From positions 1,055-65,054 of the forward strand of contig JAFYNM010000012.1 of the NCBI GenBank assembly GCA_017549765.1: 64,000 nt of DNA, written 5' to 3'. A model generated the notes under the pieces. The model saw only the letters and a list, made by a program, of their open reading frames with translations, was not told where the DNA came from and searched no databases. Source of the stretch: Bacteroidales bacterium. Lineage in GTDB: Bacteria; Bacteroidota; Bacteroidia; Bacteroidales; WCHB1-69. Shown here piece after piece: positions 17,021 to 26,690 of this stretch. Within the stretch, counting starts at the first letter, position 1. Each line of letters starts with the position of its first letter. The position numbers were made by a program, and so were the translations under genes.

Positions 17021-17197
17021 CTCGATATGCTAAAAAACTAAAAGATAACTAATTAAAAGAACCCTTTTTTGAAGGAATCCACGCTGCAAAAATAAACAGA
17101 AAAAAGTTAATAAAAAAAACAAAATGCTATTGCATTTCTAAAAAATTATGCTATTAAAAACCGCTCCAGTTGTACGGGAAAAACGCATTAAATATCG

Positions 17198-17926
17198 TTA
17201 AGACAACACGTTACGATATTCCTCATACTTGCCGACATCACACCACATATCGCTATCATGTTCATAACCAACGATTTCAAAATTGTGGACAGCGGAGAGG
17301 TAAAAATCGGTCACCGAGGATTTCTCAACGGAGGGTATTGTTTCAAGCATTTCCCGGCGCATAATGTGGATGCCGCTGAAGGCCCGTTCGAGAAAAATCC
17401 CGTCGGGACGGTCCCCGCGCCATTCGTCGGTGGCGACATTATGCCAGCCCTGCAGACGCATGGTCTCGGGTTCAAAGACAAAATAGCGGGAGGTCTTCCG
17501 CGACCGCACAGCCAGCGTGGCGTCGGCACCGGAGCGGAAGTGGGCCTCCATCATCGCGTCAAGGTCGAGCGTTGACACGATGTCCACGTTATGGATCAGC
17601 ACATGTTGGCAGTCGCCCAGCAACGGGGTGGCGAACTTGAGCCCTCCCGCCGTGTCGCGCAGATACGCGCGCTCGTCGGAAACTACAATCTCGGTGTTGA
17701 AACGACGGCTGCGCAGGAAGTCGATGATCTGGTCGGGGAAATGATGGACGTTGACGATGACGCGCTCCACCCCAGCATCGGCCAGTCGTCGGACAACCCG
17801 CTCCAGCAGCGGGACTCCCTCATATTTGACCAGCGCCTTCGGACGGTCGGCCGTCAGCGGGTAAAGACGGGTGCCCAGCCCCGCCGCAAAGACAAATCCT
17901 ATTATCTTTTCCCTGTTAATATTCAT
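17198..17926 (-). CDS. Nucleotidyltransferase (sugar-1-phosphate NTP-transferase, MurU/GlmU-N-like)
   Basis: FAAGLGTRLYPLTADRPKALV signature. Start set at MNINREK (ATG 17926), downstream of the -7 box at 17931-17938. Confidence 0.75.
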   Translation of the reverse strand: MNINREKIIGFVFAAGLGTRLYPLTADRPKALVKYEGVPLLERVVRRLADAGVERVIVNVHHFPDQIIDFLRSRRFNTEIVVSDERAYLRDTAGGLKFATPLLGDCQHVLIHNVDIVSTLDLDAMMEAHFRSGADATLAVRSRKTSRYFVFEPETMRLQGWHNVATDEWRGDRPDGIFLERAFSGIHIMRREMLETIPSVEKSSVTDFYLSAVHNFEIVGYEHDSDMWCDVGKYEEYRNVLS

Positions 17927-17930
17927 CGTG

Positions 17931-17938
17931 CAAATGTA
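17931..17938 (-). promoter_or_regulatory. -7 promoter box (TACATTTG)
   Basis: TAnnTTTG on the minus strand, immediately upstream of the ATG at 17926. Confidence 0.5.
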
Positions 17939-17961
17939 CAAAAAATATCCAAGGAATTTTG

Positions 17962-17969
17962 TATTTTTG
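17962..17969 (+). promoter_or_regulatory. -7 promoter box (TATTTTTG)
   Basis: TAnnTTTG on the + strand, 28 nt upstream of the ATG at 17997. Confidence 0.5.
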
Positions 17970-17996
17970 CCCATCAAATCATTACACCTTCCCATT

Positions 17997-18410
17997 ATGA
18001 AGAAATTATTCTGCTTCACGTTATTATGTTTTGCCATCCTCCTTTCAGGTTGCGACAACAAGGAGGTCACCAACCAATATTCCATAGGTTGTATGACTTA
18101 CAAGGGCAATTTGGTCTTTAGTGACTGGAATGGTTTTGAATCCTATATCTCTTCACAAGTGGACTACAACGTGATCATCTCTTTCACCAGCAAAACCAGA
18201 GAGGAAAACGACCTCAAGGCCATCCAATATTTCAACGAGCAAGTAACGAAACTGGACACCGACTCCCTCTGCACTTTCATCGCGCCGGGCGACTACATCG
18301 TGTATGGGGTGGGCTATTCCATCGATGAGCACAGCTTCTACATCCTGAAGGGGCTCACCTTCGGCAACGAGGGCGTCACCGACTATGACGAGCACTTTGC
18401 CGTCAACTAA
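17997..18410 (+). CDS. Lipoprotein, function unknown
   Basis: MKKLFCFTLLCFAILLSGC lipobox; 137 aa. Confidence 0.7.
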   Translation: MKKLFCFTLLCFAILLSGCDNKEVTNQYSIGCMTYKGNLVFSDWNGFESYISSQVDYNVIISFTSKTREENDLKAIQYFNEQVTKLDTDSLCTFIAPGDYIVYGVGYSIDEHSFYILKGLTFGNEGVTDYDEHFAVN

Positions 18411-18471
18411 CCATTAAACCTCTCTCTCACTCTATCAGGGGAAGTCAGTTCTTCCTTCTTCATAAATACCC

Positions 18472-19119
18472 TTAAAAAGAGACACGGCTTTTCAGCATCG
18501 GGACAAAGAGAAAGTCTCCGAAGGTCTCTTCTTCGTATTCGTTTTCACCGGTTTTGGTCAGGCGGATCATCTTTTGGGAGGTCTCGCCGACCGGGATCAC
18601 CATGATGCCGTTGTCTGCCAGCTGGTTAAGCAGCGACTGTGGCACTTCTGGCGCGCCGCACGTGACGATGATGCGGTCGTAGGGTGCGAACCGTTCAATG
18701 CCGTGGAAGCCATCCCCGAAGGTGGTGTATATTCTGTTGTCCAGTTTCTCCAGCAGTTTGGAGGTCTTCTGATAGAGCACCATCTGCCGCTCGATGGTAT
18801 AGACTTTGGCTCCCATAGCGCTCAGGATGGCAGCTTGAAAACCGGATCCTGTCCCAATCTCGAGGATTTTCTGTCCCTTCTCCACCTGCAGCAGCTGAGA
18901 CTGGAAGGCGACAGTGTATGGATGGGAGATTGTCTGTCCCGCCGGCAATTGCAGCGCCGTCTCCTCGTAGGCTTTGTCCCACAAGAAAGACTCCAGAAAA
19001 AGATGACGCTCCACCTTGTCGAAGGCGGTCAGGACACGCTCATCCGTGATCCCTTTCTTGCGCAAAGATTCTATCATCCGTTGTTTGGCACCCAGCAGGA
19101 GATAATTGGTTGTCGGCAT
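18472..19119 (-). CDS. pcm: Protein-L-isoaspartate O-methyltransferase
   Basis: ISHPYTVA..ILEIGTGSGFQAAILS..VYTIERQ: SAM-binding motifs typical of Pcm. Confidence 0.9.
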   Translation of the reverse strand: MPTTNYLLLGAKQRMIESLRKKGITDERVLTAFDKVERHLFLESFLWDKAYEETALQLPAGQTISHPYTVAFQSQLLQVEKGQKILEIGTGSGFQAAILSAMGAKVYTIERQMVLYQKTSKLLEKLDNRIYTTFGDGFHGIERFAPYDRIIVTCGAPEVPQSLLNQLADNGIMVIPVGETSQKMIRLTKTGENEYEEETFGDFLFVPMLKSRVSF

Positions 19120-19144
19120 AGTATGGTGGCTATATTAATATTGT

Positions 19145-19202
19145 AAATATAATAAAACAGGCGGCGCTCCTTCATGACGAGCATGATACGGCGGCCGCCT
19201 GT
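19145..19202 (-). terminator. Intrinsic terminator downstream of glyA
   Basis: 9-bp GC-rich stem acaggcggc (19157-19165) / gccgcctgt (19194-19202), with the inner pair tcatg/catga. A T-rich tract follows on the minus strand. Confidence 0.55.
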
Positions 19203-19224
19203 TATATAAATGGTTGTCAAGAGA

Positions 19225-20505
19225 TTACCATGCGAAGAGCGGACGTTCGCGCATCATCTCGTTGACCTGTTTGCGGGTCTTGGCGATGAGTTCCTCGTTC
19301 TCTACGTCGCAGAGGATGGCATCGATCATGCCGACGATACCGTCCATCTCTTCCTCTTTCAGGCCGCGGGTTGTGATAGCGGGCGTACCCACGCGGATAC
19401 CGGAGGTCTGGAAAGCGGAGCGGGTGTCGAACGGGACCATGTTCTTGTTGATGGTGATATCGGCCTTGACGAGAGTGTTCTCGGCGACCTTGCCGGTCAG
19501 CTCGGGGAACTTGGTACGGAGGTCTATGAGCATCAAGTGGTTGTCGGTGCCGTTGGAGATCACCTTATAGCCTCTCTTGACGAAAGCGTCGGCCATGGCG
19601 GCGGCGTTCAGCTTCACTTGTTTCACATATTGGGCATACTCTTCGGTCAGGGCCTCGCCGAAAGCGACGGCCTTGGCGGCGATGACATGCTCCAGTGGAC
19701 CGCCTTGGCAACCCGGGAACACAGCGGAATCCAGCATCTGGGACATCATCTTCACGACGCCCTTCGGGGTGGTCTTGCCCCACGGATTCTCGAAGTCTTT
19801 GCCCAGCATGATGAGACCGCCACGAGGTCCGCGGAGAGTCTTGTGGGTGGTCGTCGTCACGATGTGGCAGTGTTCGATGGCATTGTTAAGCAGGCCTTTG
19901 GCGATGAGACCGGCGGGATGGGAGATGTCGGCCATCAGGATAGCGCCGATCTTGTCGGCAATCTGACGCATGCGTGCCCAGTCCCAATCGCGGCTGTAGG
20001 CGGAGGCGCCACCGATGATCAACTTCGGCTTCTCGCGGAGAGCCACTTCCTCCATCGTGTCATAGTTGACACAACCTGTCTCCTCGTCCACCTGATAAGC
20101 CACGGGACGATAGAGGATACCGGAGGAGTTGACAGGGGAACCGTGGGAGAGGTGACCGCCGTGGTTCAGGTCGAGGCCCATGAAGGTGTCGCCCGGTTGG
20201 AGGCAAGTCATGAGCACTGCCATGTTGGCTTGGGCGCCGGAGTGCGGCTGCACATTGGCCCACTCACAACCGAAGAGTTGTTTCACGCGGTCAATGGCCA
20301 GTTGCTCCGACTGGTCCACGATTTGACAACCGCCGTAATAGCGCTTGCCCGGGAGACCCTCGGCATATTTGTTGGTCATCACAGAGCCCATAGCTTCCAT
20401 CACCTGGTCGCTGACAAAGTTCTCGGAGGCAATCAACTCAATGCCATTTGTCTGGCGTTGACGCTCCTGTTGGATAAGATTAAAAATCTGTTCGTCTCTT
20501 TTCAT
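19225..20505 (-). CDS. glyA: Serine hydroxymethyltransferase
   Basis: Full-length match in character to GlyA: [35 protein letters not shown] (PLP Lys). Confidence 0.95.
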   Translation of the reverse strand: MKRDEQIFNLIQQERQRQTNGIELIASENFVSDQVMEAMGSVMTNKYAEGLPGKRYYGGCQIVDQSEQLAIDRVKQLFGCEWANVQPHSGAQANMAVLMTCLQPGDTFMGLDLNHGGHLSHGSPVNSSGILYRPVAYQVDEETGCVNYDTMEEVALREKPKLIIGGASAYSRDWDWARMRQIADKIGAILMADISHPAGLIAKGLLNNAIEHCHIVTTTTHKTLRGPRGGLIMLGKDFENPWGKTTPKGVVKMMSQMLDSAVFPGCQGGPLEHVIAAKAVAFGEALTEEYAQYVKQVKLNAAAMADAFVKRGYKVISNGTDNHLMLIDLRTKFPELTGKVAENTLVKADITINKNMVPFDTRSAFQTSGIRVGTPAITTRGLKEEEMDGIVGMIDAILCDVENEELIAKTRKQVNEMMRERPLFAW

Positions 20506-20654
20506 ACTTAAAAAATATTATAACTTATTGATTTATTGTTTATTAAAAATATCCATTCGAAAACCCAAAAATACAATATTTTTAATATCTTTGCGCTCTT
20601 TTTTAAAACAAATCTTTATTCTAATTTTATTATTCTAAAAATTTAAAAAGAATT

Positions 20655-22835
20655 ATGGAACAACAAGAACTTCTTCACCAAGAAAATTCTGAGAATCAGA
20701 ATGTAGAGGTGAACTCTGGAGCTTCCGTAGAGGAAGCCGCCGTCGTTACGTCATCAGAAACTCCCGCACCTGCAGAGGAAACTGAACCTGCCGCCATCGT
20801 CGAGGAGGCCCCCGTTGCCGAAGCGGAGCCGACCGTGGAAGAGCCCGTAGCCGTCACCGAGGAGCCCGCTCCTGAAGCTGAGGCTCCCACAGCAGAGGCT
20901 GAGCCCGAAGCCGAGGCACCCGCACAGGAAGAGCCCGCTCCCGCAGAAGAGGAGCCAGCTGCCGCCCAAGAGGAACCCGCTCCTGTCGAGGAGACTCTGG
21001 AGCAGGTGGAGAGCGAGTATGCCCAGCTCGACCTGGAGCAGTCGATTGAAGAGATGGAGCGTCTTGTCGAAGAGCCCAACTTCAACCTCATCAAGACGCG
21101 CATGAGCGTGTTGAGAGCCAAGATCATTGAATTTTTCCGCGAGAGAAAACGTGCCGCAGAGGCCGCCTATGAAGAGGCGCTGAAAGCTGCCAAAGCCGCC
21201 ACGGAGGAAAATCCCGAGGCTGCCGCAGAGGTAGAAGCCCCCTCCACAGAACCCGACCAGTACGAGGTGCGTTTCAACAACGCATTGCAGAAATATAAAG
21301 ACTCCAAAGCCAAGTTCATCGCCGCTTTGGAAGCCCAGAAGGTGAAAAACCTGGAAGCCAAGAACCAGATTCTGGACAGCCTGAAAAACCTCATCGAGAC
21401 GGAATCCCACCTCAAAACCTTGAACGACAAGTTCAAAGAGTTGCAGGAGGAATGGAAGAACATCGGTCCGGTGCCGCAAACCGAGTCCGCCACCCTCTGG
21501 CAAAACTACCACTTCTATGTGGAGAAGTTCTTCGACATCCTCCGCATCAACAAGGAAATGCGCACTTTAGATCTGAAGAAGAACATGGAGAGCAAGCTGG
21601 AGTTATGCGAAAAGGCGGAGTCCCTGTTGCTGAACGACTCCATCAACCAGTCTTTCAGAGATTTGCAGGCATTGCATGAGCAATGGAAGGAGATCGGACC
21701 TGTTCCTGAGGAGAAGAAAGAAGAGTTGTGGGAGCGTTTCAAAGCCGCCTCCGACCAGATCAACCAGCGCAGAAAAGACTACTACGACAAGTTGTTTGCC
21801 GAGGAGCAAAACAACTACAACGCCAAAGTGGTCCTCTGCGAGCAGGCTGAAGACATTGTCGCCAAGAGCACCGATTCTGTCAAGGACTACAACGAGATCA
21901 GCGACAAGCTGACGGAGTTGCTGAACATGTGGAAGACCTTAGGACCGGCTCCCGCCAAGCTGAATGACGAGATCTGGAGTCGTTTCAAATCCACCCTCGA
22001 CAAATTCTTCGGCCAGAAGAAGGAGTATTTCCAGCAGATCAAGGACTCCCAGATGCAGAATTACAACCAGAAGTTGAACTTGGCCATTCAGGCCGAGGGC
22101 ATCGCCGACCGCACCGACTGGAAAGAGGCCACCAATGACATCTTGAAGTTGCAATCCGAGTGGAAGAGCATCGGCGCCACCCCGCGCAAATACTCCGACC
22201 AGATCTGGAAGCGCTTCCGTGCCGCCTGCGACAAGTTCTTCGAGGCCAAGGCCAACTATTTCAACAACATCCAGGATGTGGAAGCTGAAAATCTGAAAAA
22301 GAAGGAGGAGCTCATCCAGAAGATCCTCACCCACGAGTTCACCGACGACCGGAACGCCAACATGGAGGTCATCAAACAATACCAGAACGAGTGGATCCAG
22401 ATCGGCTTCGTGCCCAAGAAGGAGAAGGACAGAATCTACAGCGAGTACCGAGCGGCCTTAGACCAACGTTTTGCAGAGCTGAAGATCAGTGCCAGCGACT
22501 TGAGAAACAACCGTTTCAGAAACAAGATCGACAACATCCTCAACGATCCCAATGCTGACAGAATCATCGACAAAGAGAAGAACTTCCTCAAGAACAAGTT
22601 GCAGAAGCTGAAAGAGGACATCACCTTGTGGGAAAACAACTTGGGATTCTTCTCCAACTCCAAGAATGCGGAGATCATCACGGCAGAGTTCCGCAAGAAG
22701 ATCGAGGCTGCCAAAGAGGAGATCAAGGATCTGGAGTACAAGATCAAGATGATGAATGCGCCCAAGAAGGAGGAAGAGGCTGCCCCGGCCACCGACGCAG
22801 CTCCTGCCGAGGCTTCTGAAGGTGACAAAGAATAG
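20655..22835 (+). CDS. DUF349 domain-containing protein with acidic Pro/Ala/Glu-rich N-terminus
   Basis: Multiple ~75-aa repeats with W..IGPVP...LW.RF..A.D.F, the DUF349 hallmark. Residues ~20-115 are low-complexity E/A/P. Confidence 0.8.
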   Translation: MEQQELLHQENSENQNVEVNSGASVEEAAVVTSSETPAPAEETEPAAIVEEAPVAEAEPTVEEPVAVTEEPAPEAEAPTAEAEPEAEAPAQEEPAPAEEEPAAAQEEPAPVEETLEQVESEYAQLDLEQSIEEMERLVEEPNFNLIKTRMSVLRAKIIEFFRERKRAAEAAYEEALKAAKAATEENPEAAAEVEAPSTEPDQYEVRFNNALQKYKDSKAKFIAALEAQKVKNLEAKNQILDSLKNLIETESHLKTLNDKFKELQEEWKNIGPVPQTESATLWQNYHFYVEKFFDILRINKEMRTLDLKKNMESKLELCEKAESLLLNDSINQSFRDLQALHEQWKEIGPVPEEKKEELWERFKAASDQINQRRKDYYDKLFAEEQNNYNAKVVLCEQAEDIVAKSTDSVKDYNEISDKLTELLNMWKTLGPAPAKLNDEIWSRFKSTLDKFFGQKKEYFQQIKDSQMQNYNQKLNLAIQAEGIADRTDWKEATNDILKLQSEWKSIGATPRKYSDQIWKRFRAACDKFFEAKANYFNNIQDVEAENLKKKEELIQKILTHEFTDDRNANMEVIKQYQNEWIQIGFVPKKEKDRIYSEYRAALDQRFAELKISASDLRNNRFRNKIDNILNDPNADRIIDKEKNFLKNKLQKLKEDITLWENNLGFFSNSKNAEIITAEFRKKIEAAKEEIKDLEYKIKMMNAPKKEEEAAPATDAAPAEASEGDKE

Positions 22836-22841
22836 CTCATC

Positions 22842-23300
22842 ATGAGACGCATTCTCCTGTTCATAGGAATCACATGCCTTACGGTTTTATCAGCGGTTGG
22901 TCAGTCAGCCGCTGATAAAATTATCGGCACCTATTACATCTCGGACGACAGTTCTGACGAGGATTGCAAGATCAAGATCTACAAAACATCGGCGGGCACG
23001 TATGAAGGCCGTATCATCTGGGTGAAGAACCCCACCTTCAAAGACGGTAGTCCGAAGCGTGACATCATGAATCCGGATGTCTCCAAGCGCAACACTCCAG
23101 GCGACAAGATCCAGTTGCTGTTCCACTTCAAATACGATGCCAAACAGAACAAATGGGTGGATGGGGAGATCTATGACCCCGTGCATGGCAAGTATTACAA
23201 GAGCAAGATGTGGTTCGAGAGTGAAAAGAAGCTGCGGGTGCGCGGCTATATCGGCGTCCCGGCCTTGGGGCGCACCATGGTGTGGAACAAGCTATCATAG
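22842..23300 (+). CDS. DUF2147 domain-containing secreted protein
   Basis: Signal peptide. G.Y....... KI.IY....G.Y.G.I.W...P....G....D..NPD...R...G pattern. Confidence 0.7.
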   Translation: MRRILLFIGITCLTVLSAVGQSAADKIIGTYYISDDSSDEDCKIKIYKTSAGTYEGRIIWVKNPTFKDGSPKRDIMNPDVSKRNTPGDKIQLLFHFKYDAKQNKWVDGEIYDPVHGKYYKSKMWFESEKKLRVRGYIGVPALGRTMVWNKLS

Positions 23301-23303
23301 ACT

Positions 23304-23696
23304 ATGGAGAACTTGCACATCAGAATCGACAAGTGGCTATGGATGGTGCGGCTGTTCAAGACCCGTTCCTTGGCCACCGAGGCATGCAACGCCGGCAAGG
23401 TCAAATGCGATGGTGTCAACGTAAAGCCCTCCAAGGATGTCAAAACCGAGGAGATCTACGAGGTGCACATCGGGCAGCTCCACAAGCAAGTGCAAGTGCT
23501 CGGCACTCCGAAGAGTCGTGTAGGCGCGCCACTGGTGCCCGATTATTACACCGACCTCACCCCGCAGGAGGAGTACGACCGCATGAAGACCCTGCACACC
23601 TATGAATACCGTCCCCACGGGCTGGGCCGTCCCACCAAGCGCGACCGACGCCAGTTGGAATACATCAAGTCTCTCATGGGAGACTCCGAAGAGTAG
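23304..23696 (+). CDS. hslR: RNA-binding S4 domain protein (Hsp15/HslR-like)
   Basis: IRIDKWLWMVRLFKTRSLATEACNAGKVKCDGVNVKPSKDV is an S4 domain of the Hsp15 type. Confidence 0.75.
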   Translation: MENLHIRIDKWLWMVRLFKTRSLATEACNAGKVKCDGVNVKPSKDVKTEEIYEVHIGQLHKQVQVLGTPKSRVGAPLVPDYYTDLTPQEEYDRMKTLHTYEYRPHGLGRPTKRDRRQLEYIKSLMGDSEE

Positions 23697-23718
23697 AAAC
23701 ATCAAAAAAACACGCATT

Positions 23719-24639
23719 ATGACGAAAGAAGAGTACATCGAGAACATCAACCGCCTACGTGCGGAGAAAAAAGCCATCATCTTGGCACATTACTACACCC
23801 TGCCTGAGGTGCAGGAGATTGCCGACTTCGTCGGTGACAGTCTGGCTTTGGCCCGCAAGGCTGCCAACACCGACGCCAGCATCATCCTGTTCGCCGGTGT
23901 GCATTTCATGGCAGAGACCGCCAAGATCCTGAACCCCGACAAGAAAGTGCTGGTCCCGGACATGTCCGCAGGCTGTTGTCTCGCCGACAGTTGTCTGGCC
24001 GCCGACCTGGCCCGTTTCAAGGAGGAGCACCCCGACTACCTCGTGCTGTCGTATGTCAACTGCTCCGCAGCCGTCAAGGCTTTGTCAGACCTGATCGTGA
24101 CCTCCGGCAACGCGTTGAAGCTCGTCAACACCTTGCCCGAAGACGCCAAGATACTCTTCACCCCCGACCAGAACTTAGGCGACTATATCAACCGGCAAAC
24201 GGGACGGCAGATGTTATTGTGGGACGGCATGTGCCGCATCCACGACCACTACACCGTCGATGATCTGGAATTGGTCAAGGAGTCCTACCCCGGCGTCAAG
24301 GTGGTGGCCCACCCCGAGTGCCGTCGCGAGTTCCTGGCCCACGCCGACTTTGTAGGCTCCACCGCCGCCATGATCAACTACATCACCGAAAGTCCCGACA
24401 AGGAGTTCATCGTCGCTACCGAGAGCGGCATTCTGCACGAGTTGAAGAAGCGCAATCCAGACAAGACCTTCTACACGCTCTTCAATGGCGACCTTGCCCA
24501 CGACTGCGGCAGCATGAAGAAGAACAATCTGGAAAAAATCTATAACGCACTGCTGAATGAAGATCCGGAACTGACGATGGATCCGGAACTGATGGCCAAG
24601 TCCTTGGCTCCCATCCGAAAAATGTTGGAGCTGTCGTAA
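23719..24639 (+). CDS. nadA: Quinolinate synthase NadA
   Basis: ILAHYY..EVQ..ADFVGDSL.LA, GVHFMAETAKIL, CxxxxC cluster ligand regions. Start at MTKEEY (ATG 23719). Confidence 0.9.
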   Translation: MTKEEYIENINRLRAEKKAIILAHYYTLPEVQEIADFVGDSLALARKAANTDASIILFAGVHFMAETAKILNPDKKVLVPDMSAGCCLADSCLAADLARFKEEHPDYLVLSYVNCSAAVKALSDLIVTSGNALKLVNTLPEDAKILFTPDQNLGDYINRQTGRQMLLWDGMCRIHDHYTVDDLELVKESYPGVKVVAHPECRREFLAHADFVGSTAAMINYITESPDKEFIVATESGILHELKKRNPDKTFYTLFNGDLAHDCGSMKKNNLEKIYNALLNEDPELTMDPELMAKSLAPIRKMLELS

Positions 24640-24656
24640 GCCATGGCTGTTGGCCT

Positions 24657-25589
24657 TTAGCTGGTGGCTGTCAGGTATTGCAAGGAGAGTTCAAAGAAGG
24701 GGTTGAAATCGTTGATTCGCAGCAGTGTTTTCAGCTCCGAAGCGTCTATCCCCGCAAAAGAGGCATAGTAGTGCCACAACTCTTTCAAGATAAAGAGGGT
24801 GCTCTTCTCTTTTTTCGTTTCCAACAGTTCATCCGCATAGCGCTGATAGTAGCGAAGGAATCTTTCTTTCTTGTCGCCACTGTCCATCCCTTTCATTTCT
24901 TCAGCCAGAAAAGGGTTGCAGAGAAGAGGACGGCCCAGCATCCAGTCGTGAATATCTGGGAAGCGGTGATGAAGTCTTTCATAATCCTCGAGAGTCCATA
25001 CATCGCCGCTGTAGATCACTCGATGGGATGTATGCTGCAGGGCGCGTTCCAAGGCATCCCAGTCGGGCACGCCCTCATACAACTGTTCTCCCAGACGGGG
25101 ATGGATCACCACATAGTCGAGCGGATAGTTTTGCATTCGGTCTAGGATCTCCAGACATTCAGACTTGTTGTGCAGTCCCAGCCTCATCTTCAGGGAGAAT
25201 CGGAAAGGGGTCTGTTCGGTGACGGTGCGCACCACGTCTTCCACAATCTCAGGGTGTGGCATCACGCCGCAGCCACGCGTGCGCCGGACCACCTGCGCCA
25301 CAGGACAGCCAATATTCCAGTTGAAATCCGTATAGCCATACTCCCGATACAGCTCGTTCATCGTGTCCACAAAATGGGCCGGGTTGTTGCCCATCAGCTG
25401 GGGTGTCAGCGGACGGCAGGCATTGTTATTTGGCCACAGGTCCTTCCATTTCTTCACGTTGAGTTTGGCCCGTTCCTGGACGGGCAGGAATGGGGCAATA
25501 AAATTGTCTATGCCTCCAAAATGGCGACATAGACAATTCCTAAATTGATAGTTCGTGATTCCGTCTAACGGAGCTAACCAGAGGCGCAT
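24657..25589 (-). CDS. tRNA-dihydrouridine synthase family protein
   Basis: LAPLDGITNYQFR, NIGCP, LKMRLG motifs of Dus TIM-barrel flavoenzymes. ATG 25589 preferred over the TTG at 25601, which overlaps the upstream gene. Confidence 0.8.
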   Translation of the reverse strand: MRLWLAPLDGITNYQFRNCLCRHFGGIDNFIAPFLPVQERAKLNVKKWKDLWPNNNACRPLTPQLMGNNPAHFVDTMNELYREYGYTDFNWNIGCPVAQVVRRTRGCGVMPHPEIVEDVVRTVTEQTPFRFSLKMRLGLHNKSECLEILDRMQNYPLDYVVIHPRLGEQLYEGVPDWDALERALQHTSHRVIYSGDVWTLEDYERLHHRFPDIHDWMLGRPLLCNPFLAEEMKGMDSGDKKERFLRYYQRYADELLETKKEKSTLFILKELWHYYASFAGIDASELKTLLRINDFNPFFELSLQYLTATS

Positions 25590-25590
25590 C

Positions 25591-26553
25591 TTAGCGGACA
25601 ATCACCTTTTGGGTAACCGTTTGACAATCCGACTGCAGGCGCAGCATATAGACGCCGGCAGGCAGGGAGGAGACGCTCAGCACCTCCTGATTTTGGCCGT
25701 TGCCGGACATCAGCAGGCGACCGGTCAGATCGTGCATCTGATAGTTGAACTTGCCATCCGGGCCTTGGATCGTCAATCTGTCTTCAGCTGGATTAGGATA
25801 GACAGAGAAGGTCTTCTCCTGGCGATCCACCACGCCAGAAGTATAGTCCAGCACCACATCATCCACCTTCAACACTGTATTCTCTGTGGTCTGGAAACCG
25901 CCGCTGACGATGATGATACAGATACTGTCACAAGCAGACAGAGGGTTGTCGAACTGAGCCTCAATCTGAGTATAGTCATTTATCGTGGCGCCTGTTGAAA
26001 AATAGGCATAAGACACCGGTGTACCTGCGCTTTTGGTATAAGCGATCACGTTGAGGGAATCGCTGCCATCCGGCAGATATTTAACCCACATCTTAATGCT
26101 ATAAGGAGTGGAAGAACAAGCATCACCTGGAGTCAGCATCTGGGCAAGGGTGGACAATGTGGAGAGGTCGCTGAAATCGATATTGGAGAAGTTGCCTTGG
26201 GCAATATCCAGAATCATTTCCAATGGGATGCTGAAGCCGGAAGACACACCCAGCTGGGCGATACCCGGAAGCAGGTAGCTGTAATCCGTGCCTGGGATAC
26301 CAAACGTGGAAGCCGACAACTGCAATGCCTGAGAACCGCTATGGGCATCCGATGTGGCAGAACCAAAGGAAACCGACACTGGAATAGGCACTTCCATACC
26401 GAAGAGTTCGGTAATGATATTGCCACTCAAGTTGGTAGTCCAAGAGGTGGGCTGACCGTTGCTCCAGTTCTCAAAGCCGCCATTGGGCACCGTTTGGGCG
26501 AAAAGAAAACCCACTGAGAAAACGATGAAAAGGGTAAAAATTGATTTTTTCAT
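25591..26553 (-). CDS. Secreted protein with T9SS C-terminal sorting domain
   Basis: Signal peptide. The last ~75 aa (FSVYPNPAEDRLTIQG..HDLTGRLL..LPAGVYMLRLQSD..VTQKVIV) are a type A T9SS CTD. Confidence 0.8.
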   Translation of the reverse strand: MKKSIFTLFIVFSVGFLFAQTVPNGGFENWSNGQPTSWTTNLSGNIITELFGMEVPIPVSVSFGSATSDAHSGSQALQLSASTFGIPGTDYSYLLPGIAQLGVSSGFSIPLEMILDIAQGNFSNIDFSDLSTLSTLAQMLTPGDACSSTPYSIKMWVKYLPDGSDSLNVIAYTKSAGTPVSYAYFSTGATINDYTQIEAQFDNPLSACDSICIIIVSGGFQTTENTVLKVDDVVLDYTSGVVDRQEKTFSVYPNPAEDRLTIQGPDGKFNYQMHDLTGRLLMSGNGQNQEVLSVSSLPAGVYMLRLQSDCQTVTQKVIVR

Positions 26554-26620
26554 TATGCAATAGATTTTAAGATTTTTAAGCGTGCAAATATACGGTTTTA
26601 TTTTATATCAACGATAAGCT

Positions 26621-26690
26621 TTGGCTGTTAGTCTTTAGCCTTTAACTTCTAACTGACAACTGATAACTGACAACTGACAACTAATTAAAG
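26621..26690. repeat. Heptamer (period-7) tandem array abutting the stop codon of gene 26685-27866
   Basis: Ten consecutive 7-mers: TTGGCTG TTAGTCT TTAGCCT TTAACTT CTAACTG ACAACTG ATAACTG ACAACTG ACAACTA ATTAAAG. Shares ttggctgttag and taacttctaactg with the arrays at 52908-53162. Confidence 0.75.

Noticed and set aside
15659-17041. Very long antisense ORFs that mirror almost the whole length of real genes. Examples: 460 aa opposite dnaA; 19210-20511 (433 aa) opposite glyA; 43088-44749 (553 aa) opposite the nucleoside kinase; 44626-46272 (548 aa) opposite lepB; 37419-38915, 38994-40328 and 40934-42136.
   Set aside because: Their translations are low-complexity (rich in G, D, H, R, L and V) with no recognisable motifs, while the opposite strand encodes textbook proteins. 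Codon usage here avoids TTA, CTA and TCA in the sense frame, which removes stops from the antisense frame. These are shadow ORFs, not overlapping genes.
17021-17197. Possible oriC in the AT-rich region upstream of dnaA.
   Set aside because: I found only one near-match to a DnaA box (gAATCCACg, around 17076) and no cluster of TTATCCACA-like 9-mers. There is no clear gene-orientation switch around dnaA. The region is adequately explained as the dnaA promoter (ctgcaaaaataaacag contains a minus-strand TATTTTTG box). A GC-skew and DnaA-box scan over the whole genome would be needed.
20506-20654. 150-nt very AT-rich spacer between divergent glyA and the DUF349 gene, considered as a DNA-unwinding element or origin.
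   Set aside because: No DnaA boxes or repeated 13-mers are visible. Divergent promoter regions in Bacteroidota are routinely this AT-rich.
20696-21512. Antisense and alternative-frame ORFs (143 aa and 252 aa) and apparent DNA repeats in the 5' part of the DUF349 gene.
   Set aside because: They arise from the GAG/GCC/CCC-rich low-complexity segment that encodes the acidic E/A/P-rich N-terminus of the sense protein. There is no independent coding signal.
25589-25601. 11-nt overlap between the T9SS cargo gene stop and a TTG start of the Dus gene.
   Set aside because: An ATG (25589), 1 nt after the upstream stop codon, gives the conserved MRLWLAPLDG N-terminus. The TTG extension is unnecessary.
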